Source of the DNA: Pseudomonadota bacterium
GTDB lineage: Bacteria > Pseudomonadota > Alphaproteobacteria > Sphingomonadales > SMXR01
DNA length: 64,000 bases
Reading direction: 5' to 3'
Assembly: GCA_022574255.1 (NCBI GenBank)
Contig: JACZSK010000006.1
Location: forward strand, 811 to 64,810
Shown here: piece by piece, positions 15,545 through 24,968 of the stretch
Layout of the letters: each line of letters opens with the position of its first letter
Numbering within the stretch: position 1 is the first letter of the stretch
Notes under the pieces: model-generated
Told to the model about the DNA's origin: nothing
The model's database searches: none
The model's input: the letters and a program-made list of their open reading frames with translations, nothing else
Position numbers and translations under genes: made by a program

Positions 15545-17431
15545 ATGAGCGCCACTGTTGCAACCAAGTTGACTTCCGAGCCACCGAATTTCGAGGAACT
15601 TGAATCCGCTGTGGTGCGGTTCGCCGGCGATTCCGGCGACGGTATGCAGATGACCGGCGCACAATTCACCACGTCGACGGCGCTGGCCGGAGCAGACTTG
15701 GCGACCTTTCCTGATTTCCCCGCTGAAATCAGGGCGCCGGCCGGCACCACCTTCGGGGTCTCCGCTTTTCAGATCAATTTCGGTTCCGGCACGGTCCTTA
15801 CAGCCGGTGATGAGCCGGACGTTCTGGTCACCATGAACCCGGCGGCGCTGAAGATGAATATCGGCGAATTGCGCGAAGGCGGAATGGTGGTCATCGACAC
15901 CGGCGCCTTTACGCCGCGCAATCTGCAGAAGGCGGGGTTCGAGACCAACCCCCTGGAAGACGACACGCTGGCCCGCTTTCAGGCGATCGAGCTGGACATC
16001 TCGGCGATGACCCTGGAAGCGGTGAAGTCTTTCGGACTGAGCAACAAGGATGCCCTGCGCTGCAAGAATATGTGGACCCTGGGGTTGATGCTGTGGATGT
16101 TTGGCCGCAAGCGCCAGACCGTCATCGAATGGCTGACCACAAAATTCGAGAAGCACCCGGAGCTCGCAGCCGCCAATATCGCGGCGCTGAACGCCGGTCA
16201 TGCCTTTGGCGAGACGGCGGAAATGTCGACCGGGCTGAAAAGTTATCACATTGCCCCGGCGAAGACCGAGCCCGGCCTGTACAGCACGGTGACCGGCAGC
16301 CAGGCCATGTCATGGGGGCTGGTGGCCGGCGCCCAGTTGGCCGACCTGACCATAATGCTGGGATCCTATCCCATAACACCGGCGTCGCCGATCCTGCATC
16401 AACTGTCAGCGATGAAAGAGTTCGGCGTCATAACCTTCCAGGCGGAGGACGAAATCGCCGCCATCTGTTCGGCAATCGGTGCCTCTTTCGCGGGATTGCT
16501 GGGCATCACCTCATCGTCGGGTCCGGGCATCGCGCTGAAAACAGAGGCCATGGGCCTGGCCATTTCCACCGAGTTGCCGCTTATCATTGTCAATTCGCAG
16601 CGTGGCGGCCCGTCGACCGGCCTGCCCACCAAGACCGAGCAATCTGACCTCTACCAGGCGATTTACGGGCGTAACGGCGACGCGCCACTGCCGGTTCTCA
16701 GCGCCGCCAGCCCGGGCGACTGTTTCGAGACGGCCATTGAGGCGATCAGGATCGCGACCAAATACATGACCCCGGTGATGCTGTTGACCGACGGCTATAT
16801 CGCCAATGCCGCGGAGCCGTGGAAAATTCCGGACATGGCTGATTTCAAACCCTTCCCGGTGCAGCACGCGGTGGCGCCCGAAGACGGCAGCGAAGGAAAA
16901 CCCTTCGAGCGCAACATGGATACATTGGCGCGGGTCTGGGTGAAGCCGGGCACGCCGGGCCTCGAGCATCGCATCGGCGGGCTGGAGCGCGACTTCGAGA
17001 CCGGGCATATCTCCTACGACCCGGAAAATCACCAGAAGATGACCGATCTGCGCCACAGCAAGATAGCCGGCATTGCCCGGGATATTCCGGCGCAGGAAGT
17101 GACGCTGGGCGAGGATTCGGGCGATGTGGCGGTTGTTGGCTGGGGCTCGACCTATGGCCCCATCGATCTCGCCGTGCGCCGCGCCCGCGCCGACGGCATC
17201 AGAGTCAGCCATATTCATATACGGCACCTGAACCCCTTCCCCACCAATCTTGAATCATTACTGGCCGGCTTCGACCAGATTTTGATTCCTGAAATGAACA
17301 TGGGCCAGCTCTATACGGTACTGAAGGATCGCTTCCAGCTTAAGGCGACGGCGATGAACAAGGTCTCGGGACAGCCCTTCAAAATCAGCGAAATTCACCA
17401 GGCTATCAACGAACTGGTCGGCAAGGCATGA
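15545..17431 (+). CDS. korA: 2-oxoglutarate/2-oxoacid:ferredoxin oxidoreductase, alpha subunit
   Basis: 628 aa with the fused gamma/alpha-type layout typical of KorA. Its stop overlaps the beta-subunit start. Confidence 0.85.
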   Translation: MSATVATKLTSEPPNFEELESAVVRFAGDSGDGMQMTGAQFTTSTALAGADLATFPDFPAEIRAPAGTTFGVSAFQINFGSGTVLTAGDEPDVLVTMNPAALKMNIGELREGGMVVIDTGAFTPRNLQKAGFETNPLEDDTLARFQAIELDISAMTLEAVKSFGLSNKDALRCKNMWTLGLMLWMFGRKRQTVIEWLTTKFEKHPELAAANIAALNAGHAFGETAEMSTGLKSYHIAPAKTEPGLYSTVTGSQAMSWGLVAGAQLADLTIMLGSYPITPASPILHQLSAMKEFGVITFQAEDEIAAICSAIGASFAGLLGITSSSGPGIALKTEAMGLAISTELPLIIVNSQRGGPSTGLPTKTEQSDLYQAIYGRNGDAPLPVLSAASPGDCFETAIEAIRIATKYMTPVMLLTDGYIANAAEPWKIPDMADFKPFPVQHAVAPEDGSEGKPFERNMDTLARVWVKPGTPGLEHRIGGLERDFETGHISYDPENHQKMTDLRHSKIAGIARDIPAQEVTLGEDSGDVAVVGWGSTYGPIDLAVRRARADGIRVSHIHIRHLNPFPTNLESLLAGFDQILIPEMNMGQLYTVLKDRFQLKATAMNKVSGQPFKISEIHQAINELVGKA

Positions 17432-18480
17432 GTCTGGACCCCAGGAGACGCGCGATGAACGAGCAGAGCGATATCAAGAAGCTGACGCCAAAGGATTTTG
17501 CCAGCGACCAGGAAGTACGCTGGTGCCCGGGCTGTGGCGATTACGCCATTCTGAAATGCATGCAGCGCACATTGCCTGAAATCGGCACCGATCCGGCCAA
17601 CATCGTTTTTGTTTCCGGCATCGGCTGCTCATCGCGCTTTCCCTATTACATGTCGACCTATGGCTTTCACACCATCCACGGCCGCGCCCCGGCCATCGCC
17701 ACGGGGCTGAAATTGGCCAATCCGGATCTCGACGTCTGGGTGGTCACCGGCGACGGCGACGGGCTGTCCATTGGCGGCAATCACATGCTGCATGTGCTGC
17801 GCCGCAATGTGGACCTGAACATCCTGCTGTTCAATAACGAGATTTACGGCCTGACCAAGGGTCAGTATTCGCCGACCTCGAAACCCGGGACCGTATCGCC
17901 GTCAACGCCCTATGGCTCGGTGGAAGGTTCGGTGTCAGCATGCGCCTTCGCGCTGGGGTCGGGGGGGCGGTTTATCGCCCGCATCATCGATACCGACCAG
18001 AAGCACATGCCTGATATCTTCAAGCGGGCCCACGCCAACAAAGGTGCCAGCTTTGTCGAGATTTTCCAGAATTGCCCCATCTATAACGACAAGGTTTTTG
18101 CCGATTTCACCGAAAAAGCCACCGCCGCCGAGACCCGGCTCTATTGCCAACACGGCGAGCGTCTCATTTTCGGCAAGGAGAGCGACAAGGGAATCAGGCT
18201 GAATATCGACACCCTCGGCCTGGAAGTGGTGAGCATCGGCGAGAACGGGGTCAAAGAGGATGACATCCTGATCCACGATGAGACCAACCGCATGCTGGCC
18301 CATATGCTGGTCGCGCTGGAGCCGCCCGACTTTCCCGTGGCGCTGGGCGTAATTTATGCCGACCCGGCACCGTCTTTTGATTATTCCGTTCACAAGCAGA
18401 TCGAAATGGTGACCGCCGAGCGCGGAAAAGGCGATCTGGGCGCCTTGATGCGCGGTGGCCGCACCTGGACCGTTAATTAG
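17428..18480 (+). CDS. korB: 2-oxoglutarate/2-oxoacid:ferredoxin oxidoreductase, beta subunit (TPP-binding)
   Basis: WCPGCGDY motif and the TPP-binding GDGD..GGNH region. An alternative start is ATG 17455. Confidence 0.85.
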   Translation: MSLDPRRRAMNEQSDIKKLTPKDFASDQEVRWCPGCGDYAILKCMQRTLPEIGTDPANIVFVSGIGCSSRFPYYMSTYGFHTIHGRAPAIATGLKLANPDLDVWVVTGDGDGLSIGGNHMLHVLRRNVDLNILLFNNEIYGLTKGQYSPTSKPGTVSPSTPYGSVEGSVSACAFALGSGGRFIARIIDTDQKHMPDIFKRAHANKGASFVEIFQNCPIYNDKVFADFTEKATAAETRLYCQHGERLIFGKESDKGIRLNIDTLGLEVVSIGENGVKEDDILIHDETNRMLAHMLVALEPPDFPVALGVIYADPAPSFDYSVHKQIEMVTAERGKGDLGALMRGGRTWTVN

Positions 18481-18632
18481 ACGGAAGGCGCTGCTGGCTG
18501 CCGAAGGCGACTGCCGGGGAAATTCGCATCACATCGCAGCGCAGCGAAGGGGTTTAGCCTGCCGAAGCGTATCAATAAGCAGATACAAGCCGTTGGACAG
18601 GTTTCGGAGGCAAATATTGGAAGGCTGGTGCC

Positions 18633-19274
18633 GTGGTAAGTGACGGCTCACCGTCGTCGCGGGCTGACAGCTTCGCCAACAGCCGTCCGGCAGCCGAAGA
18701 GGCGTCGCATGGTCTGCTGGCCGAGCCGGATCACGTTTTGGCCGAATTGGTTGGCGAAGGAAACCGGGCCGCCTATTCGGTGTTGGTAACACGCCATGTG
18801 GACCGGCATGTGGGTTTTGCCGAGCGCGTGTTGGGCAGTCGACCGGAAGCCGAGGACGCCGTGCAGGAAGCGTTCGTCAAGTTATGGATCAATGCCCACC
18901 GGTATGACCGCTCGAAGGCGAAATTTACCACCTGGTTTTACCGCATCGTCTTGAACCAGTGCCTGGACCAGAAAAGGAAAAAACGGCCCGATGCCCTGCC
19001 CGAAGGATTTGATGTTGTCGACGGGCGCGACGGACCCGATAAGGAACTGCAAGATGTTCAGCGGGCACAGCGAGTCGCCCTGGCCTTGACGGAATTACCG
19101 GACAGGCAGGCGGCGGCGATAACGCTTTGTTATTTCGAGGGACTTACAAACAGGGAAGCAGCGGATATATTGGAATTGAATATCAAGGCGCTGGAATCCC
19201 TGCTGACGCGCGGACGCAAAAGACTGGCCCAATTGCTGGCTGAAGATGCAGCGGAACTGCTGGGCGCGCCCTAA
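18633..19274 (+). CDS. ECF-type RNA polymerase sigma-70 family factor
   Basis: Region 2 (AEDAVQEAFVKLW...FTTWFYRIVLNQCLD) and region 4 (LPDRQAAAITLCYFEGLTNREAADIL). GTG start. Confidence 0.85.
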   Translation: MVSDGSPSSRADSFANSRPAAEEASHGLLAEPDHVLAELVGEGNRAAYSVLVTRHVDRHVGFAERVLGSRPEAEDAVQEAFVKLWINAHRYDRSKAKFTTWFYRIVLNQCLDQKRKKRPDALPEGFDVVDGRDGPDKELQDVQRAQRVALALTELPDRQAAAITLCYFEGLTNREAADILELNIKALESLLTRGRKRLAQLLAEDAAELLGAP

Positions 19275-19299
19275 AGAATACAAACCGGGACGGAAGAAG

Positions 19300-19812
19300 A
19301 TGAGCAAGAGCGGGATGACATTGGAAAGATTTGCGGAACTGGTCGCCAGCTATGGCGCCGACCCCGCGCGCTGGCCGGATGATGAGCGCCGCTCTGGCGT
19401 GGAATTGATGTCCGGCAACCCGCGGGCAGCGGATATCGCCGCCGGGGCGGGCACCCTGGACAAGCTGCTTGCCGGCCTGCCCGCGCCAGCGCCCGCCAGC
19501 GCCGCCCTCTGCGACCGGCTTGAGGCCATATCCACACTTCCCCAGGACCACAACGCCCCGGCGCGCCCGGCGCGCCCGGGGCAACTGGCAAACCGGGGCG
19601 GATATTCCATATTCACCGCCTTGTTTGGGAGTGGCGCATCGCCGGCCCTGATACCACAGGCGGCGGGACTGCTGATGATCTGCCTGGCCGGAGGCGTGGC
19701 TTTGGGACTGTCTGATTTCGCGGCGCCGCGGGAAACCACACTGGTGGTTGACCCCAGCGCTTATTTCTTCGGCGACCCCGGACTGGATAAAGATCTGGAG
19801 GAACTGGACTGA
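19300..19812 (+). CDS. putative membrane-anchored anti-sigma factor
   Basis: Position directly after the ECF sigma gene and a single C-terminal TM helix (LLMICLAGGVALGL). No domain recognised; the call rests on context only. Confidence 0.4.
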   Translation: MSKSGMTLERFAELVASYGADPARWPDDERRSGVELMSGNPRAADIAAGAGTLDKLLAGLPAPAPASAALCDRLEAISTLPQDHNAPARPARPGQLANRGGYSIFTALFGSGASPALIPQAAGLLMICLAGGVALGLSDFAAPRETTLVVDPSAYFFGDPGLDKDLEELD

Positions 19813-20465
19813 TGGGCAAGGACAGCAAGGCCCCGGACCAGCCGGTTGCAGGCGGCTCCACTATGAGCGGAATTGAAAAATGGCTGCGGATCGCGCTTGT
19901 CGCCTCGCTGGGCGCCAATATTTTTCTTGGCGGTTTTGTTGTGGCGCGCGTGCTGGGGCCAAAACCACCGCGGGCAGAGCTGGAATTCGTTGATCTCAGA
20001 CTCAGGGGACTGCCGCAAGGGCTGTCGTCGGAAATGCGCGAGGAGCTGGAACACAGCTTGCGTGCCTACCGGCATGAGATTCGCAATGCCTACGGGAAAT
20101 ACCGCAAACAGCAGCAGGAAATAAACGAACTGCTGGTGGAAGAAAAGCTGGACCTGCGAGCGGTCGCGCAAGCCCAGCGGCAATTGCGCGGGCTGAACGC
20201 CCAGATTCAGCGCCAGATGCAACAGGCGCTGGTTGACGCCATGCGCGAGATGAAAGCCGAGACCCGGCGCAATATGATCGACCTTCGCCGGGTGCCCCGG
20301 GTGCGGCGGTTTGGACGCCCGGAGAGCGTTGACGGGGCGCGCTGGCGGTTCAACTGGCGGGATGGTGAGGGCTTTCAGATGGACCTGGGCGGGCGCAATA
20401 TGACCGTTCTGGTCCCCCCCGAACCAGACCAGGAAGACCGGGAGTCCGAAGAAGACAGCGAGTGA
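19812..20465 (+). CDS. periplasmic Spy/CpxP/heavy-metal-sensor-like helical protein
   Basis: N-terminal TM/signal anchor, then long charged helices rich in Q/R/E. Start overlaps the upstream stop (TGATG). Confidence 0.5.
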   Translation: MGKDSKAPDQPVAGGSTMSGIEKWLRIALVASLGANIFLGGFVVARVLGPKPPRAELEFVDLRLRGLPQGLSSEMREELEHSLRAYRHEIRNAYGKYRKQQQEINELLVEEKLDLRAVAQAQRQLRGLNAQIQRQMQQALVDAMREMKAETRRNMIDLRRVPRVRRFGRPESVDGARWRFNWRDGEGFQMDLGGRNMTVLVPPEPDQEDRESEEDSE

Positions 20466-20468
20466 GCG

Positions 20469-21344
20469 TCAGGTCGTTTCCTTTTGCACATGTTCCCGAT
20501 GCGCTTCAATCACACTGTTGGTGACCGGTCCGGGCTTTCCAATGTTTTTGCCCGCGCCGATCTTCTGGCCATCAACTTCAGTCACCGGCATGACAAAATT
20601 CGTGCTGCTGGTCAAAAAGACCTCCGCCGCATCTTTCAGTTCCGCTCGCGAAAAAGGCCGTTCCTCGAGGGCCATCTGGCGCGCGGCGGTGACCGACAGC
20701 ACCGCCTGGCGGGTAATTCCGGCCAATATCGACTGGTCGAGCGCACGCGTGACCAGCGTTCCGTCCGCCGCGACCATCCAGATATTGGAGGCCGTGCCCT
20801 CGGTAATCATGCCATCCGCGTCAACAAACAGGGCCTCGTAAGCGCCGGCGTCGCGGGCCTCCTGTTTGGCCAACACATTTGCCAGCAAGGATGTGCTCTT
20901 GATATCGGGCCGCGCCCAGCGGGTCTCAGCAAGGGTGATGACGCTCACACCCTGGCTTTGGCGCCGGGCGATGAGGGCATAGTCCATCCGCCGCGCCACC
21001 ATAACCAGCCCCGGCGGCGTGCGGGTCTGGGGAAAGGCATGGTCCCGGGGCGCCACGCCGCGCGAGACCTGGATATATATACTGGCGTTCTTCAGCCGGT
21101 TGCGGCGCAGCAATTCATGGATGACCACACGCACCGCGCTGTCCGACATGGGCGGCGCGATCGACAGGGCGCCGAGCGAGCGATGCAGGCGCTCCATATG
21201 CGGCGCGAAGTCAAGCAACCCGCCGTCAATCACCATCAGCATTTCATAAGCGGCGTCGGCAAACTGGTGGCCACGATCTTCCACATGCACCGCCGCATCG
21301 CGGTGCGGGACATAGCGGCCGTTGACATAAGCGACGCGGGGCAT
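20469..21344 (-). CDS. class IV aminotransferase (D-amino-acid / branched-chain type)
   Basis: N-terminal VEDRGHQFADAAYE and fold-type IV pattern (E..T.SNIW, L.GITR). Start ambiguous (21344, 21362 or 21407). Confidence 0.8.
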   Translation of the reverse strand: MPRVAYVNGRYVPHRDAAVHVEDRGHQFADAAYEMLMVIDGGLLDFAPHMERLHRSLGALSIAPPMSDSAVRVVIHELLRRNRLKNASIYIQVSRGVAPRDHAFPQTRTPPGLVMVARRMDYALIARRQSQGVSVITLAETRWARPDIKSTSLLANVLAKQEARDAGAYEALFVDADGMITEGTASNIWMVAADGTLVTRALDQSILAGITRQAVLSVTAARQMALEERPFSRAELKDAAEVFLTSSTNFVMPVTEVDGQKIGAGKNIGKPGPVTNSVIEAHREHVQKETT

Positions 21345-21503
21345 GCTGTAATTCCATCCCATCGGGCGGCCCGCGAATTTGCGCACCGCTCGTATGGGGG
21401 AAATCACTGCACAGGCAGCGCACCGCCGTCAAGTGACGGGCTTTTGCCTGGGGGAAAAATATTCTAGAATCCGGGGCGCGGATCAGTTGAGGGCGAACGA
21501 AGC

Positions 21504-22769
21504 ATGGACACATTCCCCAGAAGGGTGGCAAAAATACGCCGGGCGGGCAGGCGCATTTTTGGCGGTGGCTGGCTGCGCCGGCGGTTGAATGCGGCCGGGT
21601 CAAAACGCATTGCCGCCATTTTCAAAAACAATATTACCCGGGGCCGGGTGGAGATGACCTTTCCCGGGGGCTTCACGGGCATCTTCGAGGGCCGCGAAGA
21701 TGGCCCGGTGGCCCGGGTCTTCGTGCATCGCTGGCGGGCGATCTGGCGCTTTGCCCTGGGCGGCACCCTGGGAATGGCGCGCGGCTATATCGAAAAGGAC
21801 TGGACCACGCCCGACCTGGTCTCGGTGGTTGAGCTGGGCGCCGCCAACACCGGCTCACTGCGGACCACCCTGAAGGGAATGGGCTGGATACGCGCCCTGC
21901 AGCGCTGGCGGCATTTGCGGCGGGCCAACAGCCCACGCGGCTCGCGCAAAAACATCACCTTTCATTATGATCTGGGAAACGCCTTTTATGGGCAGTGGCT
22001 GGACCCCGGCATGACCTACTCTTCGGCGATTTTCACCGGCGATAATCGGTCTCTGGAAGAGGCGCAGAAAGAGAAATACCGGCGGCTGCTGGATCTGCTG
22101 GAGGTCAGACCCGGCGAACGTATTCTCGAGATAGGCTGTGGCTGGGGCGGATTTGCCGAATACGCGGCCAAAGAACGCGGCGCCCGAGTGGTGGGCATTA
22201 CCCTCTCCCATGAGCAGGTTGCCTTTGCCCGCAAAAGAATCGCCCGGGCGGGCCTCGAGAACCAGGTCTCCATACGCTACCGCGACTACCGCGAGGTGGA
22301 CGAGACCTTCGATCATGTGGTGTCCATAGAGATGTTCGAGGCGGTGGGGGAGAAATACTGGGAGTCTTACTTCGCAAAAATTTACGCCGCGCTGAAACCC
22401 GGTGGCCGGGCCGCGCTGCAGGTCATCACCATCGACAGCCATGTGTTCGAGGAGTACCGCAAGGGGGTCGATTTTATACAGGCCTACATATTTCCCGGCG
22501 GCATGCTGCCTTCCCTGGATGCGCTGAAGCGCGAGGTAGAGAGGGCCGGGCTGGTTTGGCTGGAGGCCAATTCATTTGGCCCCCAGTATGTGCGCACGCT
22601 GGGCCTGTGGAGAGAACGGTTTGACGTCGCCTGCAAGAGCAATGCACTTGGCGATGATTTTGACGAGACCTTCCGGCGCATATGGACCTATTACCTGTCT
22701 TACTGTGAAGGCGGTTTTCGCGGCGGCAGCATCGACGTATACCAGGTTTGCTTTACCCGCCGGGAATAG
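21504..22769 (+). CDS. second Cfa-family SAM methyltransferase (long form, 421 aa)
   Basis: ILEIGCGWGGFAEYAAKERG SAM motif and a Cfa-like C-terminal half (YVRTLGLWRERF, WTYYLSYCEGGF). Confidence 0.8.
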   Translation: MDTFPRRVAKIRRAGRRIFGGGWLRRRLNAAGSKRIAAIFKNNITRGRVEMTFPGGFTGIFEGREDGPVARVFVHRWRAIWRFALGGTLGMARGYIEKDWTTPDLVSVVELGAANTGSLRTTLKGMGWIRALQRWRHLRRANSPRGSRKNITFHYDLGNAFYGQWLDPGMTYSSAIFTGDNRSLEEAQKEKYRRLLDLLEVRPGERILEIGCGWGGFAEYAAKERGARVVGITLSHEQVAFARKRIARAGLENQVSIRYRDYREVDETFDHVVSIEMFEAVGEKYWESYFAKIYAALKPGGRAALQVITIDSHVFEEYRKGVDFIQAYIFPGGMLPSLDALKREVERAGLVWLEANSFGPQYVRTLGLWRERFDVACKSNALGDDFDETFRRIWTYYLSYCEGGFRGGSIDVYQVCFTRRE

Positions 22770-22808
22770 GGTTGAATCAGCCGGAACCGGGGGGTATATA
22801 GCGCCAGT

Positions 22809-22850
22809 CCCGTTGCCGTAAGATACTGGCCCGTTGCCGTAAGGTACTGC
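22809..22850. repeat. 21-bp tandem duplication CCCGTTGCCGTAAG(A/G)TACTG(G/C)
   Basis: Two adjacent units, 19/21 identical, ending 23 bp before the sat/cysC ATG. Confidence 0.8.
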
Positions 22851-22873
22851 CAAACATAAGGATCAGCCACACC

Positions 22874-24586
22874 ATGGGCGTCAACAAACAACCTCACGGA
22901 GGCCCGCTTAAAAATCTCTATCTGCCCGCCGATCAACTGGAGGCGGAAAAGAAAAGAGCGCTGGACTATCCGACGCTGTCGCTGACCACGCGCCAATTGT
23001 GCGACGTCGAGCTGATACTGAACGGCGCTTTTTCGCCCCTTGAGGGGTTTTTGGGCAAGGCTGATTACGCTTCCGTTTTGAAAGACATGCGTCTTGCGGA
23101 CGGAACCTTGTGGCCGATCCCGGTCAACCTGGATGTGGCCGGGGATTTCGCCGAAACGCTGAAAAAAGGCAGCGTCATCGCGCTGCGCGACGGCGAGGGC
23201 GTTCTCGTGGCGGTCATGGAGATCTCGGATATCTGGTCACCGGACTGGCAGGACGAGGCCGGCGCTGTTTACGGCACCGACGACATCGCCCACCCCGGCG
23301 TCAATTTTCTCAAGAACCGGTCGGGGCCGGTTTACCTGGGCGGCCGGCTTTCCGGCGTTGAGCATCCCAACCATTATGATTTCAAGCATTTGCGCCTTGG
23401 CCCCCGGGAATTGCGCGACAAGTTCGAGAAAATGGGCTGGCGGCGGGTGGTCGCCTTCCAGGCCCGCAAGCCCATGCACCGCGCCCATATGGAACTGACC
23501 CAGAGAGCGGCGCAGGAGACCGAGGCCAATTTGCTGATCCATCCGGTGGTCGGCCTGACCGCGCCCGGCGACGTTGATCATTTCACCCGCGTACGCTGTT
23601 ACGAGCATATCCTGGAGCATTACCCGGAGCAGACGACGGTGCTGAGCCTGTTGCCCCTGGCGATGCGGCTGGCCGGGCCGCGCGAGGCGCTGTGGCACGC
23701 CATCATCCGCAAGAACTATGGCTGCACACATTTGATCGTTGGCCCCAATCATGCCTCGCCGCCGCCAGACGCTGAGGGCAAGGAATTTTACGGCCCCTAC
23801 GAGGCGCAGGAGCTTTTCCGCGCACATGAAGACGAGCTGGATATCTCGATGGTGCCCTTTCAGCAGACCGTCTATGTGGAAGACCGGGCGCAATATGCCC
23901 CCATCGACGAGGTTGGCGACAAGGAAAAAACCCTGCGGATTTCCGCCGAAGAATTGCAGCGCCGGCTGGAGGAAGACCTGCCGATCCCCGACTGGTTTTC
24001 CTTTCCTGCGGTCATTGAAGAACTGCGCAAGACCCACCCGCCGCGCCACCAGAGCGGCTTTACCGTTTTCTTCACCGGGCTATCCGGCTCCGGCAAATCG
24101 ACCATCGCCAATGCCCTGATGGTCAAGCTCCTGGAGCTGGGCGGCAGGAATGTGACCCTGCTGGACGGCGATATCGTGCGCCATAAACTCTCGAGCGAGC
24201 TGACCTTTTCAAAGGAGCACCGCGATCTCAACATCATGCGGCTGGGTTTCGTGGCCGGCGAAATAACCCGCCATCGCGGCATCGCCATCTGCGCCCCCAT
24301 CGCCCCTTATACCGATACCCGGCGGCGCGTGCGCGAGGCCATTGAGGCAGTTGGCGGTTTTCTCGAGGTTCATGTGGCGACCACACTGGAGACCTGCGAG
24401 GCCCGGGACCGCAAGGGGCTTTATGCCGCGGCGCGGGCCGGCAAGATCGCCAATTTCACCGGCATCAGCGACCCTTACGAGGCACCCGAGAATGCCGAGA
24501 TTGTCATCCATACCGAGGATCTGACGCCGGACCTGGCGGCGCACCAGATTATCCTCAAGCTGGAGGCCATGGGCTATATCCGTTAG
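22874..24586 (+). CDS. sat: bifunctional sulfate adenylyltransferase / adenylylsulfate kinase
   Basis: Sat-type ATP sulfurylase region (FQARKPMHRAHMELT; GPNHA) fused to a C-terminal APS kinase with P-loop GLSGSGKST. Confidence 0.9.
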   Translation: MGVNKQPHGGPLKNLYLPADQLEAEKKRALDYPTLSLTTRQLCDVELILNGAFSPLEGFLGKADYASVLKDMRLADGTLWPIPVNLDVAGDFAETLKKGSVIALRDGEGVLVAVMEISDIWSPDWQDEAGAVYGTDDIAHPGVNFLKNRSGPVYLGGRLSGVEHPNHYDFKHLRLGPRELRDKFEKMGWRRVVAFQARKPMHRAHMELTQRAAQETEANLLIHPVVGLTAPGDVDHFTRVRCYEHILEHYPEQTTVLSLLPLAMRLAGPREALWHAIIRKNYGCTHLIVGPNHASPPPDAEGKEFYGPYEAQELFRAHEDELDISMVPFQQTVYVEDRAQYAPIDEVGDKEKTLRISAEELQRRLEEDLPIPDWFSFPAVIEELRKTHPPRHQSGFTVFFTGLSGSGKSTIANALMVKLLELGGRNVTLLDGDIVRHKLSSELTFSKEHRDLNIMRLGFVAGEITRHRGIAICAPIAPYTDTRRRVREAIEAVGGFLEVHVATTLETCEARDRKGLYAAARAGKIANFTGISDPYEAPENAEIVIHTEDLTPDLAAHQIILKLEAMGYIR

Positions 24587-24600
24587 CCGGCCGGCCCGGG

Positions 24601-24688
24601 TTGGGGCTGGATCAGGGTTGGGACTGGATCAGGGTTGGGACTGGATCAGGGTTGGGGTCTGGTTCAGGTTTGGGGCTGGAGTTAGGGC
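24601..24688. repeat. 17-18-bp tandem array, about 5 units of TTGGG(G/A)CTGGATCAGGG; G-rich on the + strand
   Basis: Units begin at 24601, 24618, 24635, 24652 and 24670. The array fills the gap between the sat stop and the encoded CCA end of tRNA-Gly. Confidence 0.85.
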
Positions 24689-24762
24689 TGGAGCGGGCGA
24701 AGGGAATCGAACCCTCGTCATCTGCTTGGGAAGCAGAAGCTCTACCATTGAGCTACGCCCGC
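24689..24762 (-). tRNA. tRNA-Gly (anticodon CCC), CCA encoded
   Basis: Manual fold of GCGGGCG-TA-GCTC-AATGGTA-GAGC-T-TCTGC-TTCCCAA-GCAGA-TGAC-GAGGG-TTCGATT-CCCTT-CGCCCGC-T-CCA; 74 nt. Confidence 0.95.
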
Positions 24763-24854
24763 GTGCGGCTCTTACTATCACTGCGGGACCTGTTCCGGCA
24801 AGACGGCAAGAAGCGTCCGGCCCTGTCCGCGAAGCGGGTGTTGCGCGCTGATCC

Positions 24855-24891
24855 CAATGTCTGCTTCCCGCCCAAAGCCGACTCTTTCGCA
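24855..24891. repeat. REP-like imperfect hairpin element, copy 1
   Basis: CAATGTCTGCTTCCCGCCCAAAGCCGACTCTTTCGCA. The stem GTCTGCTT/AAGCCGAC has one mismatch. Matches copy 2 at 29 of the first 33 nt. Confidence 0.6.
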
Positions 24892-24968
24892 TAGACAATG
24901 ATGGTCCCGTATCCTCAATATCTCCGCCTTTGCTCTGTCACTGAGCTCAGCCTGGTGCTTTCCGCACT

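Noticed and set aside
20484-21467. 327-aa ORF on the + strand
   Set aside because: It is antisense to the class IV aminotransferase.
24601-24688. Possible CRISPR array (also considered for 62016-62112)
   Set aside because: The units are contiguous with no unique spacers, are 17-27 bp long and degenerate, and no cas genes are present. They are simple tandem repeats.
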